A stretch of DNA of 62,902 nucleotides, counting the filler, from Sphacelaria rigidula (taxonomy: Eukaryota), in NCBI GenBank assembly GCA_964200075.2. It is 9 parts of 9 records of this genome, joined end to end, with 100 filler letters (N's around TTAATTAATTAA, not from the genome) between each part and the next. Parts side by side here need not be neighbours in the genome. Positions count along the whole stretch, not along the records: positions 1 to 6,901 come from CAXNAA020017499.1; positions 7,002 to 13,902 come from CAXNAA020017500.1; 7 more parts are not named here. The stretch is one strand, 5' to 3'. Position 1 is the stretch's first letter; every line of letters begins with the position of its first letter. The notes below the pieces were generated by a model. It was not told the origin of the DNA. It worked only from the letters and a program-made list of their open reading frames with translations, and did no database searches. The translations under genes and the position numbers were made by a program. Positions 1-11,385 of the stretch are shown one piece after another.

Positions 1-100
1 ATGGTTAAAGCACGAGCTGCAAATTTTCAATACATTTTCTTAACACCAAAACAACGTAAAGTTAGAAAAAAAAAAAAAAAAAATGATCGGACATCGTTAA

Positions 101-198
101 CCCTTGGACCGCGAGGTTAGTCCTTTGTTGAATCGGCATCAATTTCAAGTGAAAAAAAGTATGCATGATCAAGAAAGACTAATCTCGCCGTCTAAAGG
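101..198. mobile_element. ~98-bp piggyBac-like MITE
   Basis: CCCTT...AAAGG termini with TTAA on the left (97-100) and TCAA on the right. Same family as 2732-2833, 11288-11385 and ~46910-47009. Confidence 0.7.
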
Positions 199-782
199 TC
201 AAGGGCCCGTACGAATTTAGGTACTTTTACTCATGAGACGGAGAAAGTACACAGCAGCCACTCGTGTAAACTAGGCGACCATATTGCCGGTGTTTTTCTC
301 CCTCGCCTTGTGTCGCGGTATCCATGATGGCGGTCGAGCTATATAATTTTTCGCAGCGCGGAGAGCCTCCACTCCGCGCGAGGGGGGTGATCGTAATACG
401 TGGTGTTGAAATGGTGAGACATCCATAAGGCACTTCAACCCGTGCCTATCTCTTCAAGGGCTATACCAGTGAGGCTTTCACCATACGCAAGATACTTTGT
501 ACGCTCATGATCAAACAATCTCAGCAGGATGTAGCCCACCCTTCGTACGTCTCGCCGAACACTTCACGACGCTTGACGCGTGGTGATTGCAAGTCTGGTC
601 CAGCAAAATCCGACGTGCTCTGCCCCGCCCATGTAGAGATGCGAGGTCCAAGGTCTCATGACTACGACATGCAATATCATCAAGACACCACCCCCCACAT
701 ACGCTGGGAAATCCTCAGCGAATCGGCCACGGGCTTCATAAGGGGTGACCCTCCTTCGAGCGTCCGCAGATTGAACACCTGA

Positions 783-1314
783 GGGCCTGTCTTAGCACAT
801 GAGTTTTCGATCGAAATTGTGCGGTGGAAAACAAAAATCACGATCTGGTAGGCTGTGATTTCAACCATCTTCAAAATTGTCGACGATGGTTGAAATTACG
901 GCCTATCAGATCGGGAATTTTGTTTTTCGCCGCACATTTTCGATCGAAAACTCATGTGTTAGCCGGTGGCCCCGGTGGCTCAGTTGTTAACCTCGGAGCC
1001 TCTTGACAAATGGGTCGTGGGTTCAATTCTCGGAGCGATCTGGCATTTTTCTTACACCATGCCCAACAGTGGAGAGCGACTAGGTCGTGGGTACACAAAA
1101 TTCGACTTCACGGTCGACGAGGGAAAGGGACTGCTAAACCCCTCTCGCGATAAAAAATAAAGGCAAGCACCGCGGTAAGGAAGGTGGGGTACTAAACACA
1201 AACAAAAAAACAAAAAACTCCTGTGATGACCGTCCTCCTGTGTGACCTCGGCTGATGCGCCCACATACACCGAAAAGTGTAGACAGGCATCCAGAATGGA
1301 ATGGAAGGGACGAC

Positions 1315-1373
<59 letters not shown>

Positions 1374-1380
1374 CAGGGCC
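783..1380. mobile_element. PIF/Harbinger-like palindromic MITE (~180 bp) interrupted by a SINE
   Basis: Long internal inverted repeat (GAGTTTTCGATCGAAA...TTTCGATCGAAAACTC), GGGCCTGTC terminus, and TGA on both flanks (780-782, 1381-1383). An uninterrupted copy lies at 1668-1859. Confidence 0.6.
963..1372 (+). mobile_element. tRNA-derived SINE, full length, (CA)n tail
   Basis: Head with A-box-like TGGCTCAGTTG and B-box-like GGTTCAATTC, ~350-bp body, (CA)n tail 1316-1372. Homologous copies at 15555-15895(-), 53838-54056(+) and 60055-60431(-); 3' fragments at ~4945-5025, 6876-6901 and ~46555-46620. Confidence 0.8.
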
Positions 1381-1667
1381 TGAGTATGATGACACTGATA
1401 TTTTCAAGTAGAGATCACACGAACTCAAAAGGGTCAATCATCGAAACTATTTCCTCGAACAGCAGACCTTCAGCAGAGCTGAGGCCCACCAACCATAATG
1501 CCAGCGATAAAATTATCGTGTGTTTCCGACATGTAAGTATTTCCACATCTGAGGCGCTCCCTGACATACTTGATTGTCGTCAGAGGCATCTAAAACTCGA
1601 GGTTCCCGGTGTGTTCACCAGTACAACACGCGGAACTTCGAGTTTGAGACAACTCTACCCGTAATGA

Positions 1668-1859
1668 GGTCTTGTCTTGGCACATTGGTTTTCGATCGAA
1701 ATTGTGCGGTGGGGAGAAAAATCCCGATCTGATGAGTCGTGATTTCAACCATCGTCGTTAATAGTCAAGATGGGTTGAAGTCGTGACCTATCAGATCAGG
1801 ATTTTTGTTTTCCACTGCACTTTTTCGATCGAAAACTGATCTGCTAGTAGGACAGGCTC
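1668..1859. mobile_element. Harbinger-like palindromic MITE, second copy
   Basis: Homologous to 783-962. It is followed by a ~265-bp segment (1860-2128) that duplicates 1395-1660. Confidence 0.6.
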
Positions 1860-2731
1860 TGGTATTTTCAGGTGAAGATCATACGAACTCCAAAGGGTCA
1901 ATGCTCGAAACGATTTCCTCAAAAACCAGACCCCGTCAGGCGGATCCGAGGCCGACCAACCATACTGCCAGCGACAAAGTTATCGTGTATTTCCGACATC
2001 TTCGTATTTCCCCAACCGAGGCGCCCCCTGATACACTTCCATTGTCGTCAGAGGCATCTAAAACTCGAGGTTCCCGGTGTGTTCACCAGTTGAAGACGAG
2101 GAACTTCGAGTTTGAGACAACTCTTCCCGAAATAAATTAGACCGAATATTATGGGGGACACAACGGTTGGCGACACAAGATGGGTGATCTGGTAGTAGCC
2201 GAAAGATCCGAAATTAGATACAAGAGCCGTTGACTGTCTTGGCAAAAAGTGGGCAGAAGAAAACGAAAGTGGATGAAAAATCAAACAAGTTCCCACTCTA
2301 GAAATTGAAGCTTGTACGGCAGAATAATTTTCCACAACACATGCAGTGTATGGTTGCTTCATCCAGAGCGAGGGACGCAAAGACACAAGCCTCTCGGGAA
2401 AAAGCAGAAATGCTAAGCAGATGGGCGTGTCGTTATTGCAGTATACAGCTGGGCACGGTGTGCTTCGTACTGCGGAACACCGTCGAGTGTTGGAGGAGTA
2501 TATGAGATTCCCGTGGATCTCGGAAGCTGATGGTGAGGGAGGTGTCGACCATTTGATCATCCTTTGCATTTTTCAGTCATTGTAACATGAACATGCAAAC
2601 CTTGGTTCTCCATTATTTCGGCATCGGAGAGATCCAAACAAGAAGTGGAGGCACTCGCTCAGGACCTCCACCACGACGTATAGCATGTCTTTGGTGACGA
2701 CCTCTGTACCTGTCATCTAATGCTTTCTTAA

Positions 2732-3440
2732 CCCTTAGTCCGCGAGATTAGTCTTTCTGGATCATGCATACTTTTTTTCACTTGAAATTGATGCCGATTT
2801 GATCAACAGAAGACTAACCTCGCGGTCTAAGGGTTACCCGCTAGACTGCGAGGGTAGATCACCTGCTGAATCGGCATCAATATTCACGTGGACCCCTTAG
2901 ACCTCGATTCAGGTAGTCCATCTGGATCACGTATCTTGTTTTCAAATCAAATTTTGATGCCGATTCAACAGGTGACCTACGAAACCCTTTGACCGCGAGG
3001 TAAGGTCACCTGTTGAATCGGCATCAATTTTTCACTTGAGAAAAATATAAGTGATCTAGATGGACTACCCGCACCGCGGTCTAGCGTCCATACAAACCAT
3101 CAACAATTACAGCCCTTCTTGTGACGCTGCATATCCCGGCGATTTGAGATGAATCAGGCGAACCGTTTAGGGCCCAACTACAAAACGAAGACATGCATGT
3201 TCTTGAGTTTCAAAATGTGTCCCCACAGCAACAGGTGGTTTTGCGCATCATCCTTTGGACGGCAAGAGTAGTTCATCTGTTGAATCGGCATCAAACTCAC
3301 TTGAAGAAGTATTCGCGATCCAGATGAACTACCCTTGCGAAAATTGAAACCTATTCATTCACAAATGAACCACCGGTCGCAGCTGAAGGGCCAAAGTAGA
3401 GGCGATCTGTTGAATCGCATCGATTACCTCATTTTTCGAG
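2732..3440. repeat. cluster of diverged ~100-bp piggyBac-like MITE copies
   Basis: About six successive units in mixed orientation carry the core TGTTGAATCGGCATCAA and CCCTT(A/T)GACCGCGAG-like ends. The first unit is 2732-2833, after TTAA. Confidence 0.65.
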
Positions 3441-3574
3441 TGTGAAAAATGCCGAGTCCGCAGATCAGTCAGTATAGTTCACCATTTGGGAGGGTGCTAC
3501 GGTTGATTTCAATCTAGACAGCGAAATCCGGATCTTTAATGGGGCTGTCCAACAAGCGTTCTCCTAGCGTGCCT

Positions 3575-4060
3575 CTTGTTGTCATCACACTGAAAACTGT
3601 TCCGATTCTGCGCGGTACATTCGTACTGGGCATCTGATGCGGACGCCTTGCATGGTCAGAGGCTAGCTACCTGTAATGAGGTAAAAAGGAAAAAAAGGAA
3701 AACCAAAAAAGCAAAAATAGACCCAGAAAAGAACTCACAAACGCGATACAAGCAAAACAGGAATAAATAATCAAGGACAAAAAATGTGGCCAGCCTCAGA
3801 AAATCCGGTGCCGCAGGTGTCCATTCGGAACTCAGGGGGATGGCGCCCGACTTTCCAACTCGACGCGCAACACGAAGTGGAAGTGAACACAGGGTAAGAC
3901 TACGGACGAGACTCAAGGCCCGAAGACCACCATGGGACTAAGAATCGCAAGTTCCATATTTCGTCCTCTCGAGGGACAGCCATACGTACGAGCACACCGG
4001 GCATATCAAGACAAGCACCGCATGGCATAACGACATCCCTCATCGGTGGGGTTCACCCCC
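3575..4060 (-). mobile_element. probable 3' UTR of a non-LTR retroelement with a (CAA)n-type tail
   Basis: The terminal motif (plus strand GTTCCGAT..TGCGCGGTACATTC) abuts TTGTTG here and the long (TTG)n run at 13348-13520. Confidence 0.4.
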
Positions 4061-6901
4061 TACCCCCTTCCTTCTCTGGACCGTCGTCATCGCTGTCATG
4101 TGGGCTTCGTTGGTATCCCGTCCAATCGCACGCAGTTAGCTTGCCTCCTCTTCATTTCTGTATCATGAGATCATGAACCATGAACCTCTCCGCCCCCTGC
4201 AGCACCTAAAACGTGTTTTTATCGGAATCGTGAACTAACCCCTGTCATGAAGGCGACCTAAAGTTATTGTCTCATATCTATGGTTGATTTTTTCGACCGA
4301 GCTTACAAAAACGCTAACCCTAACCCTAACTCTAAACCCAAGGCGCACGAGACCCACGGGCAAGGGCGGTGCATAGATTCCCTTAGGCAAAAAGTGCGTT
4401 GGCAGACAGTTCTGAAATCGACGCCGCAGTTGTCACCCATAGATATACGACCAAAGCTTCAGGTACTGCTCTGTGATGTGTCGCTGATGCTGCCTTCATA
4501 ACGTCGGTGTCAGCTACAGCATCTCTCTATCCGACGCCCTCGCGTGTAAGTCCCAAGACTTTCCGAGTAAGTCCCAAGACTTCCCGTCTCGAATTTCATC
4601 ACTGTTTTTGTTTATGCTCGTCCGGGTGGTAGTTATTTTTCTGGGTAAGCGAGGAGCTCTCCGACCCCGCTCCCCACACCCCTCCCCTTCACCTCCCAAG
4701 GATCTACTTCACGATCGAATCCTAGACTCCAGTGAGACTCCAGTGAGACCAGCCCAGTTCCTACCCAGGAGCCACACCCACATAACGCGCCTGCGGGATC
4801 TCACCTGGTAAGAAACAATCGCCCGAACACCTATCGTCCTGGTTTACGGTGGAGCTCAACCGTTGTCCTCGAGTCCGTTCCATGTGGTGAGCGTCAGTTA
4901 CATGGTTGAATTGTCGTTTTTTTCCCTACATGGATACGCCTATGTGTGACGCCAGCTGATGCGCCCACGTAGATGTACCGAAAGGTGTAGACTGGCGTTC
5001 AGAATAGATGAGATAACAACACACACCGCTATATTGGCGGCAGTTTTCCTGATGCAAACCTACTCAGATGCAAGTCAAAACCACTCTGAAGCCAGACATC
5101 GCCAGCGCCGTGCTTTCCAGCGTATACCGCGCCGCCCTCTACGCAGCGCAGGTAGGTACGGCGAAGCCTCATTGTTCCGATCGTTGGTGATCTGTATTTT
5201 CTGGGTTCGGGGATAGGGTTCGATGGAAGATCGGTTTGACTTACCTTGCAGCACTGAGCAAGATCCTCCTACGAGAAAAAAGGCGACCTAAGATAGTTCA
5301 CGCGGGATTGAAGGGGTGTATGGGAGAGAATGGTGAAGAGAGATGTCCGCCATTTTGTCGTGAAAATTGTTCGTGTATTTTTTTCATACGGCTGTCGTGG
5401 TACTAACATGGCACACGGCGTGAACGCTGCTAGCGAACCACGTTGTACGTCATGTATGTTGCCCTGTTTGCCTCTCTGTGACCTTGCCCTTACTGAAACA
5501 ATGAATCATGATCGATGATCATTTTTTCGCGTGATTCCGATTTCAAAATGTGTTGTGGGACCCGTGTTTGCGCTTGTGTGTCCGATAGGAGATTGGAGAA
5601 ATAGCCTTGAACATACATCGCGACCAAAGGGCGACGCATTCGATGACGGGATAGCCGAAAACAAGCATCAACTCCTTGAACCCACTACTGTCTCCGACTG
5701 ATCAGGGCATGACTCTACCCGTAGCTGTTGGCTCAGCTGAGTACAAGGTCGTTGGTCCTGGGCAAGTCTCTTTCAAGTTGAAACACATGACGATGATTTG
5801 CGTCCGACCCCCCGAATATTTGCATCGACACAGAGTCCACGACAACACCGAGGGTCGGGCGAGTCACTGCAGGTTCGAATCGCCAAATTTACGATTTCTG
5901 AGGCCTGATTTCTCTGAAGAGAGAAGAGAGTTGACCACGGGTGCAAAAAAAACTCTCCGCAATTTGTGCGGTATCCCACGTGCCTGGGTGCGCGTGCTTG
6001 GGGTGCAACGGTGGTCAACCCTTTCGGAACCGTCGATGGAAAAATGACGATTTACAATCGATGTTTTCGTGGGCAAGATATGGCTGTTTTTTTGCAATTG
6101 TTGTTGATGATTTAGCCCACCAAGACGGTTCACCACTCCTAAGTTCAAGTACACTAATGTGACATATTCGCGCGCCGAACTCCAAGTGACGTACGTTTTC
6201 CTGGTCATGGGAGTTTGTAATGTTTTGCGCGAGTTCCAAAAGGGTTAAAAAAGCCCGGGGATTGACTCGTACGGTACGAATCAAGGACCAAGATCACGTA
6301 CATTTTCAGACGAATCATTGTCGCCCAACCCTGATCCTTGGATGGACTGCACGACGTCGTACAGCAAAACGTTTTGGCGACTTTTCCGGCATGCACAGTC
6401 AAGGTTGCCCCTTCTCCAACGAAGGCCGCTGTGTGCTGAATGAAACAAGAGCTGACACCGGAATATTATGCGCTTGCTTGGCGAGTTTATGTTGCGTTTT
6501 GTCAATCGGACTCCGTTGTGTCGGTGTGGCGTGTTTTCAGTCACTTGTCCTTGTTGGGCTTGTTCGAGTGTTGGGAGCTGTTCGGATCGAAGTCGAGTGT
6601 GGAGAACATCGATGTGGGAAAGAAAGATGTGCTCTCGGTTATAGTCAACACTCGGTCGATTCGAAGAAAAACTCGCGGTCAAAAATGATGTCTGAAAAGA
6701 TATCACAAACCCGAGGTTCCAGGTAATACATTCTAAAGTTCCTGCAAAATATTTTGAGAATCTCGAGTTTGAGATGTAAGATACCTCTTCTGCTCCTATG
6801 ATGTTTTTGTCCCAACAAGACACGGCCTCGCAAAATATCCCTTGCTCTGGAAGCATAGCTCAACGGATTCGTTACTGTGTGTGTGTGTGTTGTCGTCCCA
6901 T

Positions 6902-7001
6902 NNNNNNNNNNNNNNNNNNNNNNNNNNNNNNNNNNNNNNNNNNNNTTAATTAATTAANNNNNNNNNNNNNNNNNNNNNNNNNNNNNNNNNNNNNNNNNNN
7001 N
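6902..7001. other. artificial contig spacer (first of eight)
   Basis: N44-TTAATTAATTAA-N44, with stops in all frames, recurs every ~7000 nt. Confidence 0.98.
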
Positions 7002-8927
7002 GTTGGGGGACGAGGTGGCCCCCGATGATGACGATGACGACTGTGATACTGGAAGTAACGGCGATGGCAATGATGGTGGTGGTTGCAATAGCAATAGTGA
7101 TGACGCCGGAGCCTCGAGTTGCAGTGGCGCAGTTGGAGAGTGAAAGCAAAAGGTTCACATACAGTCGGGATGCGGACGCGAACGTACAGTTCAGGGCGGG
7201 GTCGAGATGCTGTCATGTAGCATGATGGGGTGCTGCGATGGTGTGTATGACGGGACGGTACGGAGCGATATTGAGGTGGATTTCAACGATTCCTCTTTCG
7301 ACTGAGACATTGCCGCATCATATATGCTGGAACCGGAGTGGAAAGCTCGACGGGTATTCGCAGTACGGTTGAGTCGTGAAATAAAATATTAATGTTGTGC
7401 ATCGGCCGTCAAAGAAGGAGATTATTCACGCTTTTTTCATGTCCCATTCTTCATGGAAGCTCAATCATCCGCTCGGCACATCACTGCGTTGGCAGTGATA
7501 TCCCTCCAGCACATCACTGACGAGCAACTTGACGCCCGAGATTTCTGTCTGGACGCGAGCCGCGAGACAAACAGGAGCGAGAACATCGTCGACATTCAAA
7601 CACACCCTCTTATGGTCCGTCGCCCGCAGCTAACCAGGGATGGGCCGCATGTGCAACCACGGACGCACTTCCTACTCCTCTCCAAAATTATACGTCAGCG
7701 GCGTCGTGCGGTACTATTGAGGGCTTTTTGATATTCAACGGCTAGGGCCTTCAAACCTCATTTCATTGATGAACCTCATTGTATAGAATCCCCTGTTGAA
7801 AGGCAAATCGGGCCTCGGGAAGGGGCGTTTAGGAACTGATATGATTCATTCATGAATTGACCGCTTTTCATTCTCAATCCTATCTTCTCCTCTCAATCTC
7901 ACGAAAACACTGCTTCTAACAGAGCGGTAGGCGGCGTTCGACACCTTGGAACGGCTTGGCCTACACGTTGAGGTAGTTCCAGGACATCTCCGCGTTTTCC
8001 GGTGGGCGCAATTTTTATCTTGTCCGAACAAGCATTTTGGTTCAGAGACGGTCAAGTCCAGAGAAAAATGGCTGTTGTTTTCTGGATTCGAGATTTCTTC
8101 AGCGTTCCTGAACAGAATTTCCAGTTTGACAAAAAAAACTGCCGCCACCGAACAACGCAAAGATATGCGAAAACCGTTTCCATGAGTAGAGCAGGTCATT
8201 CGAAGGTGCAAACTGCGCCTACCTCTCTTACAGGGCGTAGTACGACGAAGAAGGACCAAAAAATCTTCTCTTCGGGACTTTTTTGCTTGTTTGCTGAAAG
8301 GAGTAGCCTGAAGGTTAACACAGCCAATAATCGATATTAAGGATGAAGCTTTCCATCGAGGATGAGGATCCCCCGGAACGGCGCGCGGAGTGCCCGTATC
8401 TTGTCCCCCCGAGAACCCTTCACACCTTAGACAATACGATATGTTTCCAATATGTATTTTTCGATCATATTGGAACTTTGCGATATATTGCTGGCATAAT
8501 ATATATCGGTACCCTTGGACTGCACACTGTAGCCAAATAATACCAAGCCATAGGTTTCAGTATAATCGCATGCATGATTGGAGCAGTCGCAGGGAACAGG
8601 GGATCCTGGATTGATGACCGTCATCTGGGTGGCCCCTTGCTGTCTAGCTCTTGATGTGGTCTGTTGAGGATCACTCCGTGGTAATAACAAGTGAAAAGAA
8701 AGGACCTGTTGAGCACGGAGCCAGTGCTACTGGAGGAGTCCCTCGTGAATACTTCTCTTGTCCAGATCGTCTCGCAGAGGCTATAGTATCTAGATATTAT
8801 TTTCCCGGCACTTCATTAGAGGAGGTTTGGCTGAGGAGAGATTGAGCTGCAGCTAAGAGCCAGTTTGGCCCGCAGACAGGAGGAGACCAACCCGAAGCGC
8901 GCAGCATTGAAGAGACAAATATATAAA

Positions 8928-9306
8928 ATGAGGTTCATCAATTAAATGGGGTTCGAGTCCAAAACAGTTCTTTCTCCATACTTTCAGCGATGGTGCTCAA
9001 TGACTTTCTTCTTGGTCTAATGCCCCTCGATCCCATAAATAATTCTTCAGCGCATTTTGCCGACTCTGTGAGCTTACAGCGCTGATCGAAACCGCTGTTC
9101 TCCCTGATATCACCGCCCCCTAAAAACAAAAGTAGAAATGGCGGTTTCGGACAGCGCTGTAAGCTCACAGAGTCGATTAAATGCGCTGAAAAAGTATTTA
9201 CGCGATCGAGGGGCATTAGGCCGACAAGAAAGTCATTGGGCACCATCGCTGAAAGTGTGGAGAAAGTGCTGTTTTGGGCTCGAACCTCATTTCATTGATA
9301 AACCTC
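8928..9306. mobile_element. foldback/MITE with ~170-bp inverted arms
   Basis: For example CTTTCAGCGATGGTGCTCAATGACTTTCTT pairs with AAGAAAGTCATTGGGCACCATCGCTGAAAG, and GACTCTGTGAGCTTACAGCGCTG pairs with CAGCGCTGTAAGCTCACAGAGTC. Confidence 0.75.
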
Positions 9307-9329
9307 TTTTTATAGAATCCTCTGTTAAT

Positions 9330-9830
9330 GCCCTACAATGCTTGCTCAGTCAAGCTAAACCCATATATCTGCACCGTAAATTTGCGTCCAACGTGTGTCG
9401 CATCTTGTGGTGATAGATAGGGCCAACAATCATGGGCGCTACCTCACCCAAGTCGGCCCAAAATAGCTATTAATTTAGTGTTTTTTCATGTGAAAAAAAA
9501 TTCCTCCGACCGCTAGAGCGGGGGGGGGGGGGGGGGGGGAGAAGTATTTGCGCACAAAGAGGAGTAGAAAGCTCCCCCCATCCGCCCCCNNNNNNNNNNT
9601 TTTTTTTTTTTTAGATGAAAAAAAAACCCCCCCGGGCGGGGGGGGGGGGGGGGGGGGGGGGGGTACTCATGGTCGTGCATGAAATGGTCTGAAGATCCCC
9701 CCCTTCCCCCCCCCCCGCCCGCTCTGGCGGTCGGAGGACTTTTTTTTCACACGAAGAAACACTAAATAAATAGCTATTTTGGGGCGACTTGGGTGAGGTA
9801 GCGCCCATGATTGATGGCCCTATCACCACA
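9330..9830. mobile_element. TIR repeat with ~120-bp inverted arms and a G/C-run centre
   Basis: 9406-9530 is the reverse complement of ~9705-9830. A homologous arm lies at 41170-41352. The region contains an 11-N gap (9589-9599). Confidence 0.65.
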
Positions 9831-9973
9831 ACAGGGGGCGGGGTACATGGGGCCTCAGAGTGTTTTTTTGGGCACCCCTGGTTGAGTACGAAATCATCAA
9901 CTAAAAGATCGCCCTGCAACCGAATGTCACGATTGCCAGTCCCTACATGATCAAGCCATTCATCTCCTGTCAC

Positions 9974-10108
9974 CTCGAAAGCCTTGTTTTCTCCTTGAGT
10001 CGCCTGCAGGATACGTCCCCCGCCAGCCTGCCTGAGAGCGCGGTGCCCCTCAGCTCTGCAGGCGACCATGAGGGCGCAGAGCGCCACACCCTGGACTAGC
10101 TTCGCCAT
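9974..10108 (-). CDS. probable first exon of a secreted protein of unknown function
   Basis: ATG in AAG-ATG-G context. MAKLVQGVALCALMVACRA resembles a signal peptide. A candidate donor GAG|GTGACA follows codon 45. Confidence 0.55.
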
Positions 10109-10937
10109 CTTGCCGAGTATGTATTATTATCTGTTTGCATTTGGACAATATGTGATCGATAGCGTTGATGCCTGTGGGCAAGAATGATACATAATGTGGT
10201 ATCGGGCCCGTCCAGCTGCACGCGTGATCACTGTCGTTCAAGTGAGAGCCTGAAACATTTCTTTCGTGCATGTCGGTGTGCACTGGCGACGTCAACCGTT
10301 GGGAACGGGGCGAGAAGCTTCTACGTTTGTATTCATGTAGATCCCCAAAAAGTGTGCTTACAGCTGTCTCGGCGAGCGTGGAAGTCTCACAACAGCAACT
10401 AGCAATCAATGTATGTTATCATGACTACGAACAAACCAATTCGATTAGACCCCTTACTACGCGGGGGATTTTGAATACTCCGAACCTGAATTTATGTCGA
10501 AATCACACGATTGACGGGCAGGGTTGTCGAAAACACCGACGGACTAATCAGGATGTCGGCCGCTGTTTTTCGGGAGACTTTGCAGCAGTTTTCCGTTTCT
10601 TCACAACAAACAATGTTTTCGTGAGATTGAGAGTAGAGGATACGATGGAGAGTGAAAAGCGGTCAATTGGTGAATTAATAGTTTCTGTTCCGAAATACCC
10701 CTCCACGAGGCCCAATATGCCTTCTGCAGCAGCTTGCCACTGAGGTCCTTGATGTCCCTGAGTAGGATATCGACGTGTAGCTATAAGCACACGCTAGTGG
10801 TGGAGGTAAAGAAGAGCACACACGGAATGAAAAAATGGCTGAGAGCAAGCGAATGATCAAAGCCACTCTCAACCAGCGTTCTAATCTCAATCTCACGAAA
10901 ACGTCAACAGTCGTAGTGCCATAGTTCGCCCATGTTG

Positions 10938-11150
10938 CCGGTGTAGTGCGTAAGAGGACCGCGTGCTTAGAGGACCACGCCGTACTTCAAAACAACTCAG
11001 CATCGACGTTTTTCAAAACCAATCGGGTCAGTCCCTGGAGGTACCACGCCCCTAACCCTAACCCCAACACTAACCCTAACCCTAACCATAGGGATGTTCA
11101 AATTCCGAGGCGGTCCTCTAAGCACGCGGTCCTCTCACGCATTACACCGG
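10938..11150. mobile_element. MITE with ~40-bp TIRs, CCGG ends and internal (CCCTAA)n
   Basis: CCGGTGTAGTGCGTAAGAGGACCGCGTGCTTAGAGGACC pairs with GGTCCTCTAAGCACGCGGTCCTCTCACGCATTACACCGG. Telomere-like hexamers lie at 11050-11087. Confidence 0.75.
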
Positions 11151-11287
11151 TTTCGAGGGCATCTTGATTCCAGCCAGAAATCACCAGATATTATTATTTG
11201 TTTTGCTCCAGTTCTGACGGACAAGACTCTCAGGAGAACCCGCGGCGAAAGGTGTTCGGTAGCGCCGAATTGAAGTTGGGACCTTAA

Positions 11288-11385
11288 CCCTTAGACCACG
11301 AGGTTAGTCTTCTGTTGAATCGGCATCAATTTCAAGTGAAGAAAAGTATGCATGATCCAGGAAGACTCATCTCGCGGTCTAGGGG
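11288..11385. mobile_element. 98-bp piggyBac-like MITE with intact TTAA target duplication
   Basis: TTAA|CCCTTAGACCACGAG...CTCGCGGTCTAGGGG|TTAA. Confidence 0.85.

Noticed and set aside
968-1035. tRNA-like sequences (also 60360-60427, ~33650-33720, ~54780-54800)
   Set aside because: They have A/B-box-like motifs but no complete cloverleaf. The first two continue into a SINE body and the others are too weak to call.
6281-6856. 191-aa minus-strand ORF, and other long ORFs (52342-53046, 33074-33685, 28445-29146)
   Set aside because: No recognisable motifs or splice support. 28445-29146 is the antisense shadow of the LINE RT.
6902-7001. TTAATTAATTAA palindrome within N-runs recurring every ~7 kb
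   Set aside because: It is an artificial contig linker. No gene or synteny should be inferred across it, and ORFs ending in XXX-LIN are artefacts.
7003-7143. Asp/Gly-rich frame ending in TGA at the contig start
   Set aside because: It could be a last exon, but it is low complexity and truncated, so it cannot be supported.
9418-9822. TAG...CTA ends as Academ TIRs linked to the transposase relic via the copy at 41170-41352
   Set aside because: Homology extends beyond the TAG/CTA on both sides, so these are not the element termini.
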